Assembly (NCBI RefSeq): GCF_964355755.1
Contig: NC_092673.1
Location: 11,504,948-11,568,947, forward strand
Source of the DNA: Antedon mediterranea
Lineage: Eukaryota > Animalia > Echinodermata
Length of the DNA: 64,000 bases
Direction of reading: 5' to 3'
Part shown: positions 14,082-27,675 of the stretch, piece after piece
Layout of the letters: each line of letters begins with the position of its first letter
Numbering within the stretch: position 1 is the stretch's first letter
Notes under the pieces: model-generated
Databases searched by the model: none
What the model was told of the DNA's origin: nothing
The model's input: the letters and a program-made list of their open reading frames with translations, nothing else
Position numbers and translations under genes: made by a program

Positions 14082-14465
14082 TAAAGAGTTCTGCGTTATG
14101 ACGTCACGTTGGATGGCGCTGCATGGTTGCTAGCACAACCAAAAATGCGTTCAACGCTATATGTTGATAACCACTATAGATTTGTGTTTCTATCAAATTA
14201 TGTATCTTAGCTTGATTTTTTTAACTTAAACTGTAGCTGAAGAATAAATAGATTATTAAAAACAAATATTTAGTGATCTTTTGAAATTTTAGTTTGTTTT
14301 TATTAAAAATTATTAAGTTTTAAAATGACTACTTCAATAAGCCTATTTCAATAAGTCCCTCAGGCAGGTTGAACGCATTTTTTGGTTGGCTAGCAACCAT
14401 GCAGCGCAACCTACCGTCCATGCAGCGCCACCTACCGTCATGACGTCAGCACCACAGAACTCTAT
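14082..14465. mobile_element. Small MITE with imperfect ~75-bp arms; related end at ~44440-44510
   Basis: AGAGTTCTG...TGACGTCA...GCATGGTTGCTAGC...AAAATGCGTTCAAC is mirrored at 14368-14463. Confidence 0.6.
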
Positions 14466-15360
14466 AGGCATGGGCCTAGATCTCAGCTCTACAAAATTAG
14501 CCATAAATAAAACATACCTCAGCATTTATTTTTTTTTAATATAGTACAGCCAAATTCCTGTTTTTTATTTTGTAGTAAACATTTTTTGTTGTTACGAAAA
14601 TAAAGCAGGCCTCCTGATGAAGATTGTATTATATAGAGGTTGTGTTAACCACATGGAGGGAGAATTGATTGTGATTAGTCAGTTAAAAATTAACCCTAAC
14701 TTGCTAGTAAAAAAGACACAGCTCCCCTTGTTTACTGAATTTGTTAGAAGTTAGGGGTTTTCAGTATTAAACTTGCCCAGTCTATTCTGCCTTGTATATT
14801 AAGATTAAGAATGAGTGACTTGATTTAGTATTTTATTAATCACTTACTTTAGGATCAGTGGCACACACCTTTCGGTGGTGCGTCCATACAAATATATTAA
14901 ACAACAACATATAAAAGGTATTATTTATTATAGAAAATGTTAACTGTATTTTGTTTTTATTTGAGAAATAAATTATTATTATTGATTGATTGATTGAAAT
15001 GACAATTAAACTTACATAATTTACTTACAAAGAAAAAAAATTTAATACAATGTACAGTAGTAATTGTACACTTGAATAAATACTTTAAAACAATTGTATA
15101 ACGAGCAAATCAATATACAGATATAATAGGTCAGTAGTAAATACACAATACTTACAAAATGTTGAAAAAAAGGGAAATATATATATTATACATAGTAAAT
15201 AAACTAAAAAACAATTGGATAACAGTATAGAGATACAATAGTTCAACAGTATAAATAATACATAATCATGATTAATTTAATACATAAATCAAAATAAACA
15301 CAAATATTTTACCTCCGCCAAGGAGGTATATGTAATCGGTAGCGTGTGTTTGTTTGTTTG

Positions 15361-17960
15361 TTACTTGGCAAAAAGAATTTTGCCAAGTATAGTATTTACT
15401 TTGTTTTGTATGTTTGTATGTATGTTTGTTTGTTTGTTAGCACGATAGCGCCTACAGTTTTCAAGTTATCATTCTGAATTTTTTGGTGTAGATAGGTATA
15501 TACTTTCAGACCATGCCTATTGAAAATCAACAAAATTGGTTTATTAATAACTTCACAAATAACAAAAAATGATATTATTTTCAGACCGGCTAGTGTTAAA
15601 AGATAGGAGACAATTTTCAAAAGCCGGTGAGCAGTTTTAAAGTAACACGTAAACTGAAATTGCATTTTCTCGAGAACTACTTGTCCAAAAACCTCATTTT
15701 TGGACAAGAGGCAAGAGTTATAATTAGGTGATCATTTAGAATAAAATGATCACCTATTGTTATTGTATCAAATCTTTATTTTTCTTTTTATTGTTTCTGT
15801 ACACTATTTTGTGTAACAATTATCTCAAAAAGTTTAATGTCAATGATTACCAAAATTTCAGAATATCTTTCAAATAATATAACTTAATCCTAATGAGCTT
15901 TCCAGCGTGATCACTCATCCGTGACGTCATTTATACGCCATTTTGTGAAATCACATTATCAATCATATCTCCATAATTCATTATGACATATTAATGAAAT
16001 TCACTACAGGTAAACTTCAGGTCAAGGGTAAAAATATTAGCAAATAAAAAGTTGCGCGTTTCAAGGTCATGTACGTGAAATCGCGCGTTAAAAATTTAAA
16101 ACGTGCAAAATTAGGTTTTGATCAATTTAGAGCATGAATTAGGCCATTTGCGCGTTTCAAAAAATTACTGCGCAAAAATGCGTTTTTGTGCGCACGATTC
16201 TTAAAATGCGTAAAAAATAAAATTTGATGTATAAATCACATTCTACTCACAATCCTTAATACATTCACCAATTTTGAGTCCATTCCGACTTAAAATAACG
16301 CTATACGAGCACGTTAAAAATGACAAAATGCGCACACTAATTGTACAAAAGTGCTAAAAATGGTAAAAAATAAGGACTTTTTAAAATGAATATAACTCTT
16401 CAGAATGGCAGATGACCCCCAATTTTTTTAACTTATTATGGAAGCCAATAAGTTGTAGATACAAATGTATATACACATTAGACGTACAAAATGGTATGAC
16501 GTCATCAAATGGCCACTTGAATTAAAAAATTAGGAACTTTTATCTTTTTGTGTGGGTTATCACATTCAATAGAGCGCATCTCCGTTATTTGAGCCCGATT
16601 TTCGCACAACTTTTAGTATGTGCTTGCTCAATTAATTATTCTTCTAATGAGTTGTCAACATTTTTATTTTGATGACGTCATCACGCGTAAAAACTTGAAT
16701 AACCTAGGTCGTGTAATTTCAGCTACACCATACATTTGAATATCTTATAGCTCTTCAGAATTAAAGGTGACCTTGAAGATTATAACTTATTATGAAAGCT
16801 GATGAAATTTAGATATGAATTCATATTAAAATTAAGCCTATCGGATGTTGTGATGTTATCATATGGCCAGTTGAAGTTAAAAAGTAGTTTTTAAATTTCT
16901 TTATTCAAAGTTATACAAATTTCAAAGACCGCGCATTGCGCTTCTACGTGTCAAATTTTCTTCCAATCCTTATATTTATTTGCTCAATTCATTATCTTTC
17001 GAAATTGTCATCTTCGAGTTTATTTTGAAAATTCCATCATACCAAAAAATTAGAACACGATATGAGTCCCGTAATTTCACCTATGCTACACTGTATATAG
17101 ATATACAGTATATACTGTACATATTGTATGACACATAATAGGTAGAACTCAGCACTATAAGTGTATATGCATCATGTCATAGAATGGCGTACATCAACTT
17201 TTAACGATCGTATGTTAACGTACATGCATGTTTAAAAAATGTTAATTTGATTAAAATGATAAAAATGATCACCTATAATTCGTCAAAGTGACGAATTAAA
17301 TTCTAGTTTTTGATTTGTAATTTTAAAACAAAAGTTGATTCAATGTACCGGCTTTTTCATACGAGTAGTTTTAAAAAAACCTATTTCTTTTAAAATTCAC
17401 CCGTTTGTTTTTCGCGTTGCTGTACTATTGTTATTCAAATTATACTATTGTTAGTTGATAATTAGTTTTTTTAGTACGTACCAGTGTGTGTCCTTCCTTA
17501 TTTCATTCTGTACATAGGTATATACTTACAGAACATGCCTATTGATTTTCAGATAAATTGATATATTGTTTGTCACAAAAGCTTATCATCCGTACAATAT
17601 ATTAAATAGCACGCATTCTATCTTCTTTTAACATGGACATATTCTTTGATATAGACCAAAACATTAGTCGACTGGTCAAACGGTTAAGCTTACTACATGG
17701 GTTAAGGCAGAGGCGCCGCAAATCGGTACAGCTTCAAGACACTCCTTGATCATTATTCTGGTCAATCATGATTTTAGAAAGGTCATTGTTGCAATGCCAG
17801 AGTTGTTTGTATCAAAAAATTATTTAAACAAATTATTAACCCCAGCAGGATTTTAACAATGTAAAGCTAATACCTAAAGCAAAAAAATGTAACTTTCAAC
17901 ATGCTCCGAGTCAGTGGATATATTTTGCCAAGTACTTCACTCAGTTTCTGAGTGCTTTCA
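15361..17960 (+). mobile_element. HINE family C (subTIR TACTTGGCAAAA) inserted in the (TTTG)n tract of family B
   Basis: 5' TACTTGGCAAAA-agaa-TTTTGCCAAGTA. 3' TTTTGCCAAGTA plus a CACTCAG-ttt-CTGAGTG hairpin. (TTTG)n resumes after 17960. Confidence 0.78.
15725..17306 (+). mobile_element. Non-autonomous Helentron (HINE), family A, subTIR TAGGTGATCATTT
   Basis: 5' subTIR plus inverted copy, 3' subTIR, stem-loop AATTCGTCA-aag-TGACGAATT, then CTAG and a T-run. It sits in a TT site with no TSD (compare the empty site at ~18255-18280). Confidence 0.85.
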
Positions 17961-20189
17961 TTTGTTTGTTTGTTTGTTAGCAGGATTACTCAAAAAGTAA
18001 TTACAAGATCTTTACCAAAATGAATAGACAGATAGATATGTGGTCAAGGACCATTCCATTAAATTTTGGGACCATTTGGGACCACAATCCCAATTCTGGA
18101 CCACTTTTTAGTATACTTTTTTAGACCTGCTAGTGTTAAAAGATAGGACAGAATTTTTCAAAAGCCGGCGAGCAGTCTTAAAGTAACAAGTAAACTGAAA
18201 TTGCATTTTCTCGAGAACTACTTGTCCAAAAAACTTCATTTTTTAACAAGAGGCAAGAGTTATAATTTGTGATTTGTAATTTTAAAACATAATTTGATTT
18301 AATGTGCACGTTTTTTGATGCAAGTAGTTTAAAAAACCTATTTCTTTTCAAATTCACTCGTTTGATTTTCGCGTTGCTGTTCTATTGTTAGTCAACTGAA
18401 GCTATTGTTAATTGAAAGGCTTGTTTACATAACCATTACACCAAACTCGCATACACATGCTTGTAATGAAATTAGCCTAAATCACAAACAGCATTAAGAC
18501 ACACACAAATACATATATATATTTTTTTTACCGGAGAAATCTTATGTAGGAGAATTTTACAGTAGGCAGAGGTATGCCCTCTCGGAGTGGCTTTCTAGTT
18601 GTTTATGTATTTGAGATTACCGTATAGATAAAATGACTTTATTTGCTTAATGATTAGTTATTGGTACAACTACAACTAACTAGTCTATCAATGTATAAAC
18701 AAAATAAGCTAATTATTTGGGTAATGTTGGTAATTTCTTATATCTAACCTGGCATCCCAAAATGTCTGATGTCCCACACTAGTTTTTAGCTTGAATTAAT
18801 GCATGAATGGCTCTAGCTAGGCCTAACATTATAGGTGGGCAGATTAGAGGCTATTTTTTGGTTGAGGTGGCAATGGAAGTACTACCGGCTAATTTTTATA
18901 TTTTTTGAAAATATAGGTCTAGGGAAGGTCACAACTCAAAATTACCCAGAATCCTCTTGGGGGAACATGCCCAAATCGCACAATCAAAATGGCCGCCATT
19001 TTTTACATTAAAATTGTGGTTTTTGGAGAATTTATCTTAAAAGTACTTTTCTCCAAAACTACTCACCAACAATCATTGAAACTTGCTAGAACCATAATAT
19101 GGTATTGGAAAATGAATAAAACAATGAAAAAAATTAAAATATCCATTGCTATAGCAACCATTGCTATGCATTTTTTTACATTACAGATTTTACACAGAAT
19201 TTTTCCATAAAAAAGCACAAAAGTTTTTTTTTTTCAAATAATATACAATAACTTTTTTTGGCAATTTTTGAATTTAAACTATCTACTAGTATTGGTAAAT
19301 ATAGTTATTAAAAAAAATAATTCCAAATTGTATAATTTTGTAACAAAATACATTTTCATTTCCATAGCAACAACATAAAATTATATAAATTGTCCAGTTA
19401 AGTTTTCATTTCATAGGCAAAAATCATCTGGTACTGGTCTTTTATAAGAAATGCCAAATAGGTTATCTAATGAATATAAATTTAACTTTTTTGGTGTATG
19501 AAAAAATGTGTTTTATCACCATAGCAACCATTTCTATGTATATTAGATTACCTCATTTTTACCTGAAATAAAATATATAGAATTTGGAGCTTTGCATATT
19601 ATTTGCAGTTCGGAATAATTTTATGTTAAAAAGTTTGTATGGAGACTGTAAAATATTGTGATTAGGTAAAAACATGGAAACCAAGTATCAATACACCTTT
19701 TGTCTCCATAGCAACAAAGCAAATTTACCAGAATTGTGTTTATTTTGATTCTTTAAAAAAGAGCATAACCATCATATGTTGAGTTCTACTTATGCTAGAG
19801 ACTTGATTTTGGTATCAAAATTTTCACAATACTAATATTTCTATTACCTATAATGAAATATTTTCTCGATAGGTTGCCAGAAAAACAATTATTGCCAGAA
19901 AACTGGCTTTGTTGTGTAAAAATTTGACTTTTATCATACATTTTCCCCAAAACCATTTATTACTAATAATATATATTTTATACAAAAAACAACTGTAGCT
20001 ACAATAATTAATCATAGCACATATTTAAAACAAAAAAAATGTTATAGGCCTACCATTCCATTTAAATAATAGGGGTTATGAATTGGGAGTATTAACTCAA
20101 CATAATTTGTACACATCACACCCAGTATGGGGTGTGTTGGGAGGGGATTCTGGTGTTTGGGGTAATGAAGTATAGTATCTATATAAAAA

Positions 20190-21719
20190 CTAGAATTTAA
20201 TTCGTCACTTTGACGAATTATAGGTGATCATTTTCAAAATTTTACTAATACTTAATTTTTAAAGAAACATGCATGTACATTAGATATTACCGCAAAATAT
20301 TGGTTTATGCATTTCTATGACCTGATGGATAAATGCTTATGGTGCTGATTGGTGCCTATTAGTGTCAAATAGAATATAGATTATGCTCTGTACTGTATAT
20401 CAGTGTAACATAGGTGAAATTACGGGACCCACATTATGTTTGAATTTTTTGGTATGATGACGTTATCAAAATAAACTTGAAGTTGACAATTTTAAAAGAT
20501 AATGAATTGAGCAACAAAATATAAGATTTGGAAGAAAATTTGGCATGTAGATGCGCAGTACGCGCTCTTTGAAATTGTTATAAATTTGACGAAAAAGATG
20601 AAAAAAATACTTTTTAAATTCAACTGGCCATATCATAACGTCACAGCATCCGAAAAACTTAATTTTTATATGAATTTATATCTACATTTCATCAGCTTTC
20701 ATAATCAATTATAATCAACAAGGTCACCTTTAATTCTGAAAAGATGTGAGATATTTAAATATACGCTGAAGGTCAAATTACACAACCTACGTTATTAAGT
20801 TTTTACGCGTGATGATGTCATCGAAAATAAAATAGTGGCAAGTCATGAGAAAGGCAATTAATTGAGCAATCACATACTAAAATTTGATCGAAAATCGGGC
20901 ACAAAATAACAGAGATGCGTTCTATTGAATGTGATAAAATATGACGAAAGAGAAAAAAAACTTAATTTTAAATTCAAGTGGCCATTTGATGACGTCACAA
21001 CATTTTGTACATAAAATGTGTACATGAATTCATATCTACAACAATGGCTTCAAGAATAAGTTAAAAAAATTGGGGGTCATCGTGCATTCTGAAGAAATAT
21101 TTTCATTTTAAAATTGCCTTATTTTTTACAATTTTAAGCACTTTTGTGCAATTATTTTTCGCATTTTGTCATTTTTAACGTGCTCGTATAGCGTTATTTT
21201 AAGTCGGAACTGGCTCAAATGTTATGAATATACTAAGGATGGTGATTAGAATCGTATTTTTTACGCCTTTTAAGTATCGCGCGCGCAAATTTTTGCCTAA
21301 TGGCCTAATTCATTCTCTAAAATTGATCAAAACTTAATTTTGAGCTCTCTAAATTTTTAACGCGCAATTTCACGCGCATTGCCTTGAAACGCGCAAGTTT
21401 TTATTTGCTAATATTGACCTGAAGTTTATGTGTAGTGAATTTTCTTGTGATAATGAATTATGGAGATATGATTGATAATGTGATTTCACAAAATGGTGTA
21501 TAAATGACGTCACGGATGAGTGATCACGCTGAAAAACTAACTACGACTAAACTAAATTATTTTTAATATATTTTGAAATGTTTGTGATTATTGACATTTA
21601 ATTTTTGAGATAATTGACACACAAAATCTGTACAGAAAGAAATAAATATTAAGAATAACAATAATAAAGATTTTATACAATAACAATAGGTGATCATTTT
21701 ATTCTAAATTATCACATAA
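20190..21719 (-). mobile_element. HINE family A, inverted paralog of 15725-17306
   Basis: Same terminal hairpins and subTIRs, with a collinear internal sequence in reverse orientation. Confidence 0.85.
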
Positions 21720-23098
21720 TTATGGTTAATTCTGACATAGGCGAGCACAATGGAAAAACTTCGGTATCTCTGCCTTGGGTACATACCTGATCTATCTCAG
21801 ATGTACCGTGAAATGTAAATTTGATAACATTAGTTTTTTAACAAAATGTATGATTTCAACAGTAGATTTTCAACTCAATTTCAATTCTTCGCGGTCAAAG
21901 TAATTTCCGGGTTCACGATGAATTCACCTTGCAACAACCTGGTTTCAACTATTTTCTCTCTTTTATACACAAGGTAGCAGTAAAAATAATATATTTGACC
22001 CTGAAGGTGACTGGAAACAGGCACTTTCCATCAATCAATACAGTGTCCCTTTGGAAGACTGAAGAAAAAACCGATAGTAGGACTGGAGCTTAAGTTGGCC
22101 ATAGCGGCTATAGCCATTTCGGTTTTTTGTTTATTTTAGGAACGGACCGCGCGTGTGAAGGTACAGTAGTTAAAAAATAAGATCAAATTAAATATATGCC
22201 ATAAAGAATCGGAATATATTGTGGGGAATAGTATTATAAAATTACATAGGGAGATTTGATGATAAGAAAAAAAAAATTAACATATCCCTCGAATAAGCAC
22301 CTCCCTCAAATGAACTCCGCCTCCCCACCTCCACCCTATCAGGGCCCTACCAAACAATAAACAATATACTTTAAAATGTTATTAATCATCTAAGACACTG
22401 TGAAACAGAGTAGGTTTAGTTTTACGAATGTCAAGCATTTTCAATAATGGTAACCGACAGAAAAGAGAACGTCCTTCTAAAACCTTTTTATTGTTATTAA
22501 TGAACCGATTTTTTTGTTTTTAAATAGGCATCTTTTGAATATACCTATTTAAACTAAAACATTGTGGGCGTTTATAAGCAAAAGTCAGGGAGTTAAGTTA
22601 ATTTGATATTTTGTTTGGCTTATTCTGTAAGTTTTCTTACCTAATTTAGAAACACTCTAGCAAGTAATTCCACAGTATTTGTGGTACAGTAGATTGCGTG
22701 TGTTTTTCTGTTTATTAACTCAAAAAGTTAATTGCAAGATTATTACCAAAAACAAGACATCAGATCTTATTACATGGTCAAGGACCACTCCATTAAATGT
22801 TGGGGCAATCCGGGCCAGGGTCCATTTTCTAAAGGCATTGGCGAGTAGTCATTTTTTCGAGAACTAAAAACCCTTGTATAAGAGGCAAGATTTATAATTT
22901 GTAATTTTAGAACAAAACATAATTTGATTTAATGTACAGGTTTTTTGATACCAGTAGTTAAAAAAACAATATTTTCACCAATTTTGTTGTTGTTGTTGCT
23001 GTTCTATTTTTAGTCAACTGAAACTATTGTTATTTGAAATTTGCATACACATGTTTTTAGCGAAATTAGTAAAATCACACACAGAATTAGGACACACA

Positions 23099-23134
<36 letters not shown>

Positions 23135-23271
23135 CTGTGAAATCCGACATAATTACTACTATTATAATGTACATTGAACAATAATCTCTGGTAGGAATCA
23201 AACCAAATGTTCTTATTAGTACGGTCTTTTGGCAAAGTACCCACTGCATCATTTAATTAGATGCGAATCTA

Positions 23272-23380
23272 TTACCAGCATAAGCTTGATGGTCTATAAC
23301 ACCAGGCTATTGATCTAAAGGACATGGGTTCGAGTTCCACCCGAGTATTGATGTACTTCGTGTTAAATAAAGTTATGTCA
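23272..23380 (+). mobile_element. Degenerate tRNA-derived SINE head
   Basis: An A-box-like AGCTTGATGG and a B box GGTTCGAGTTCC at tRNA-like spacing; no intact cloverleaf. Confidence 0.45.
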
Positions 23381-26300
23381 GTGTAGGGAAAACATTTTTT
23401 TCAACCAAAATCAAGTCAAGCATAAGTAGAACCTACCAGCATGTCACAGCTTTTGAATAGTTTTTGTTTATATTGAAAAATTGGGGAAATATTTGTTTTA
23501 AATGTAAATTATTTAAATGGAATGGTAGGCCTATAAAAAAAAATTTTTTAATATGTGCTATGATTAATTTATTGTAGCTACAGTTGTTTTTTTGTATAAA
23601 ATATATATTATTAGTAATAAATGGTTTTGGGGAAAATGTATGATAAAAGTCAAATTTTTACACAACAAAGCCAGTTTTCTGGCAATAATTGTTTTTCTGG
23701 CAACCTATCGAGAAAATATTTCATTACAGCTAATAGAAATATTAGTATTGTGAAAATGTTGATACCAAAATCAAGTCTCTAGCATAAGTAGAACTCAACA
23801 TATGATGGTTATGCTCTTTTTTAAAGAATCAAAATTAACACAATTCTGGTAAATTTGCTTTGTTGCTATGGAGGCAAAAGGTGTATTGATACTTGGTTTG
23901 GATGTTTTTACCTAATCACAATATTTTACAGTCTCCATACAAACTTTTTAACATAAAATTATTCCGAACTGCAAATAACATGCAAAGCTCCAAATTCTAT
24001 ATATTTTTATTTCAGGTAAAAATGAGATAATATAATATACATAGAAATGGTTGCTATGGTGATAAAACACATTTTTTCATACACCTAAAAAGTTAACATT
24101 ATATTCATTAGATAACCTATTTGGCATTTCTTATAAATAACAAAATCAGATGATTTTTGCCTATGGAATGAAAAGTAACTGGACAATTTGTATAATTTTA
24201 TGTTGTTGCTATGGAAATGAAAATGCATTTTGTTACAAAATTATACAATTTTGGAATTATTTTTTTACATAACTATATTTAACAATACTATTAGATAGTT
24301 TAAATTCAAAAATTGCTAAGAAAGTTATTGTATATAATTTGAAAAAAAAACTTTTGTGCTTTTTTATGGAAAAATTATGTGTAAAATCTGTAATGTAAAA
24401 AAATGCATAGCAACAGTTGCTATAGCAATGGATATTTTAATTTTTTTCATTGTTTTATTCATTTTCCAATACCATAGTATGGTTCTAGCAAGTTTCAATG
24501 ATTGTTGGTGAGTAGTTTTGGAGAAAAGTACTTTTAAGTTAAATTCTCCAAAAACCTAAATTTTAATGTAAAAAATGGCGGCCATTTTGATTGTATGATT
24601 TGGGCATGTTCCCCCAAGGGAATTCTGGGTAATTTTGAGTTGTGACCTTCCCTAGACCTATATTTTCAAAAAATATAAAAATTAGCCGGTAGTACTTCCA
24701 TTGCCACCTCATCCTTTTCTAGAGGACTTTTTGGCCATAATCTGCCCAGCTATTAGGAAATGTAAGTTGTACTAACCAACCAACCAGTTATCAAATGGTA
24801 GTCATTTTGATTTTATGCAAATTAGGCCACTTATACTGGGCAGATTAGGGTAGATTTTGGATATATCATTCTCTTATATATTTTGAACATATTTCAACAA
24901 ACTTTTACAATTTGTTTGACTCAACAAAGACTATTTTTTAGGTATTTCCACCAGTCTACTATGCTTCATTTCAAGGGTCATTTTCCTGTATCATCAGCAA
25001 CATTTTTAAGATTGTTTTTTTTTTTTGCGTACGTGCACTTAAAAGTTAAAATGCTCAAAATCAATTTCTAACCAAATTCACATTTTCCAAAAATGTTCAT
25101 GTTGTGCGCGCAGCTAGTACGCAGCTTAGAAAGACCGTTGATTTTTGTTCTTCTCATTTTATGATAAATTCTTTTCATTTTTGATGAATTATGAATGTGA
25201 AATAATCAAACACATGCACATCAAGTTTTTAAAATGGTGCACTTTAATATGGGTAACTTTAGGCAAATTCGTGGAATAATATGCCTATTTTTAATCAACG
25301 GTGACCCCCTATTTTTTTTATTTATTATAAAGGGTAATGAGTTGTATATGAATTCATGTAAAATTTTGACCGTCTGTATGTTACGAATTCACCATATGAA
25401 AAATTTGATTTTTATCTCTTTCAACAAAGGTTGTTACATTTCGAGCGCATTTCACATAAAAGTTTTTTCCTTTTTTCAATATTTTATTACTCAAACAATT
25501 CTCTTATGAAAAATATTTTTCATTTTGAAAAAGTAATCATATTTAAACAATTGAATAAATGTAACATGTGTAAAATAAAAACTAACCGTCAACTAAACCG
25601 TTTACAAGGTCAATACCGTCAACTGTTGAACAGGTTGTTGAACAGTGTTTTTGATCGATGCTATGCTGTTCGTACAATCGTTGTAGTGCAGCCTACTGTG
25701 GACTAAACTTAATAAATAGCATGTGCATGTTACAATGCATTGCACAATAGCCTAACTTGTCACCGTGACGAGTTCAAATCTAGTTTTGTTAAAGTACTGT
25801 TTATAAAGAAAAGCTAGTATTGAACTACAATATTTTATGAGATGACCAAGAACAAAAGATAGCATTACACACATGAATTTATTGTAAAATTAGGTTCCAT
25901 TACTGTTTATTTATGTTCTATTGGTAATTAATGTTACATAACATTATATACAGTACCAATAGAACAGCTTGATTAGAATTTTCATTTAACTAATGTGGAC
26001 CTGTTTTGAGACGTCGAGTCCAAATATGTTTCTACTGTAAGATTTTAGTAGAGTATAGTTGAATAGTTCATTTGGGTATAAGTTATTTTGTTAAATGTAA
26101 ATTTATTTTAATTTCTCCTCCAATTTTTTATTAATTAAAACCTTTTTTTTTCTGTTTTATATTCTAAAGATATAACCTTTGGACAACAAATAGTCTAAAA
26201 TTTCAGACTTTCATCATACAGGTCAAGTTTTCTTTATTTTTCATCGAAAGTGCATTTGTTTTTGTAACATTAAACTTACTTATATTACTGTACTTTTAAT

Positions 26301-26625
26301 GGTTTGATTTTATATCATGAGTAAAGATTATTAGGTTAGAATTACTCTGGTGTTTTCATTTGCACTTTGTGTTTATTTGGAATCAAATATTATCAGCATT
26401 TTAATATTATTAACTGGTCAGAACGTGCTGCAAAATTAGGTGACATAGCCTTGTGTGATACAAACCTAATTTGGCAATTTCTCTTAATTTGGTGTTACAC
26501 TTTTCACAACAAATTTGGTAAAGCAGGCATTACCAGTCTAGAACTTGAAGATTCACACAGATGATATTACAGTAATATTATGGGTTTCTATGTTTAACAG
26601 GTTCACAGCAAAAACAATTTTTTAC

Positions 26626-26739
26626 CTTAGTATACAGAGGCAAGTTTTTGCTCCTGGTGGATGACGACAGAATCCAAAACGTTGTTTACTGTCAATATCT
26701 GTCAACACAAATGTGAACAATTGTCCTGCAGGAGTAAAG
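26626..26739 (-). CDS. DENND1: DENND1 coding exon 4 (SFTPAGQLFTFVLTDIDSKQRFGFCRHPPGAKTCLCILS)
   Basis: ttctag|C TTT ACT...CTA AG|gtaaaa, 114 nt. FTFVLTDIDSKQRFGFCR is essentially identical to vertebrate DENND1A. Confidence 0.97.
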
Positions 26740-27584
26740 CTAGAAGACAGAAAGCAGAAAGTAGTGTTGAATGGTATATAGAATGACTACCAGCGGTGGC
26801 GCTAGGATCTTTCTGAAATAAAAAGATCTTTACACTCACAAGGGTTATCCGCAACTTTTGTTTAAAAAAACCAAAAAAGATTTCGACAATAATAATAATT
26901 ATTTGCTATGCAAATATTATGTGAGATATACAAATAATTTCAAATGAAAAAACTGAGCTTTATTTTTGTCCATACGCAATTAGATCAAAAAATGTAATTG
27001 CCACCAAGCGAAAATGAAGGCATGAATACAGCTGACGCCTTACCCACGATCCAGTCTCTCATCGCAGATAAATTCAACTTCTTCCGCATCATTGATCAAA
27101 GTACGCTGATCATTTGGTGGTAGATTGATCGCTAAAACAAGTTTGAAATAGCTTACAACATTTCTTAGGTAAATTTTTATTCAATGTGTATAATTTTTCG
27201 GCGAATCCTTTGTTCGATATAAACCATCTAATATTTTGTAATGTCTCCGTTTAAAAAGGTAGTAACTTGGCATGGTAGGGATTAAAATACATTGGTAGAG
27301 TCCATGTACACTATTTAAGAACATATTGTTTTAGTCAAAATGCTTACCTATTTGTTTGAATAAACGCCCCGGTTTTAATAAGTTCCTTCCTCAAATAAAT
27401 GCCCCCCCCCCCCACCCCCCAATAGAACATCATTTGGAATAAACACACCTCAAATAAACGCCATGGAAATTTACCCGCAGCCAAACAAGAAAATCAAATT
27501 ACAAAATATAATGTAAAAACATACTGTAGTCTAGAATCTTTAAAATAGCAACATTTAAAGTAAATTAGATATTGAGCAACCAAC

Positions 27585-27675
27585 CTTGTATGACATGGGA
27601 AACAGAATCGTGGTAACTCCTTCTTGCTACCTTCATCATCAAAACTTGAAGGAAACATTGAAACTATCTCTGGCT
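27585..27675 (-). CDS. DENND1: DENND1 coding exon 3 (KPEIVSMFPSSFDDEGSKKELPRFCFPCHT)
   Basis: ttttacag|AG CCA GAG...ACA AG|gttggt, 91 nt. Carries the uDENN FP...FCFP signature. Confidence 0.93.

Larger units (their letters stand above)
15309..18598 (+). mobile_element. HINE family B (TTACCTCCGCCAAGGAGGT...GGCAGAGGTATGCCCTCTCGGAGTGGCTTTCTAG) containing nested elements
   Basis: subTIR ACCTCCGCC with a partial inverted copy, a (TTTG)n microsatellite, a 3' subTIR plus hairpin, and CTAG-TT. Confidence 0.8.
18832..24752. mobile_element. Academ-like non-autonomous DNA transposon with ~1.2-kb TIRs and nested insertions
   Basis: TTA|TAGGTGGGCAGATTA...TAATCTGCCCAGCTA|TTA: TAG/CTA termini and a 3-bp TSD. 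~18860-20070 is the reverse complement of ~23510-24710. Confidence 0.8.

Noticed and set aside
14608-14640. CTGATGA as a second hammerhead core
   Set aside because: No stem II or GAAA follows it.
21960-22050. Possible minus-strand exon FQRDTVLIDGKCLFPVTFR after ttcttcag
   Set aside because: It lies within a dispersed repeat inside the Academ-like element, and DENND1 exons 4 and 5 already join in frame with contiguous homology.
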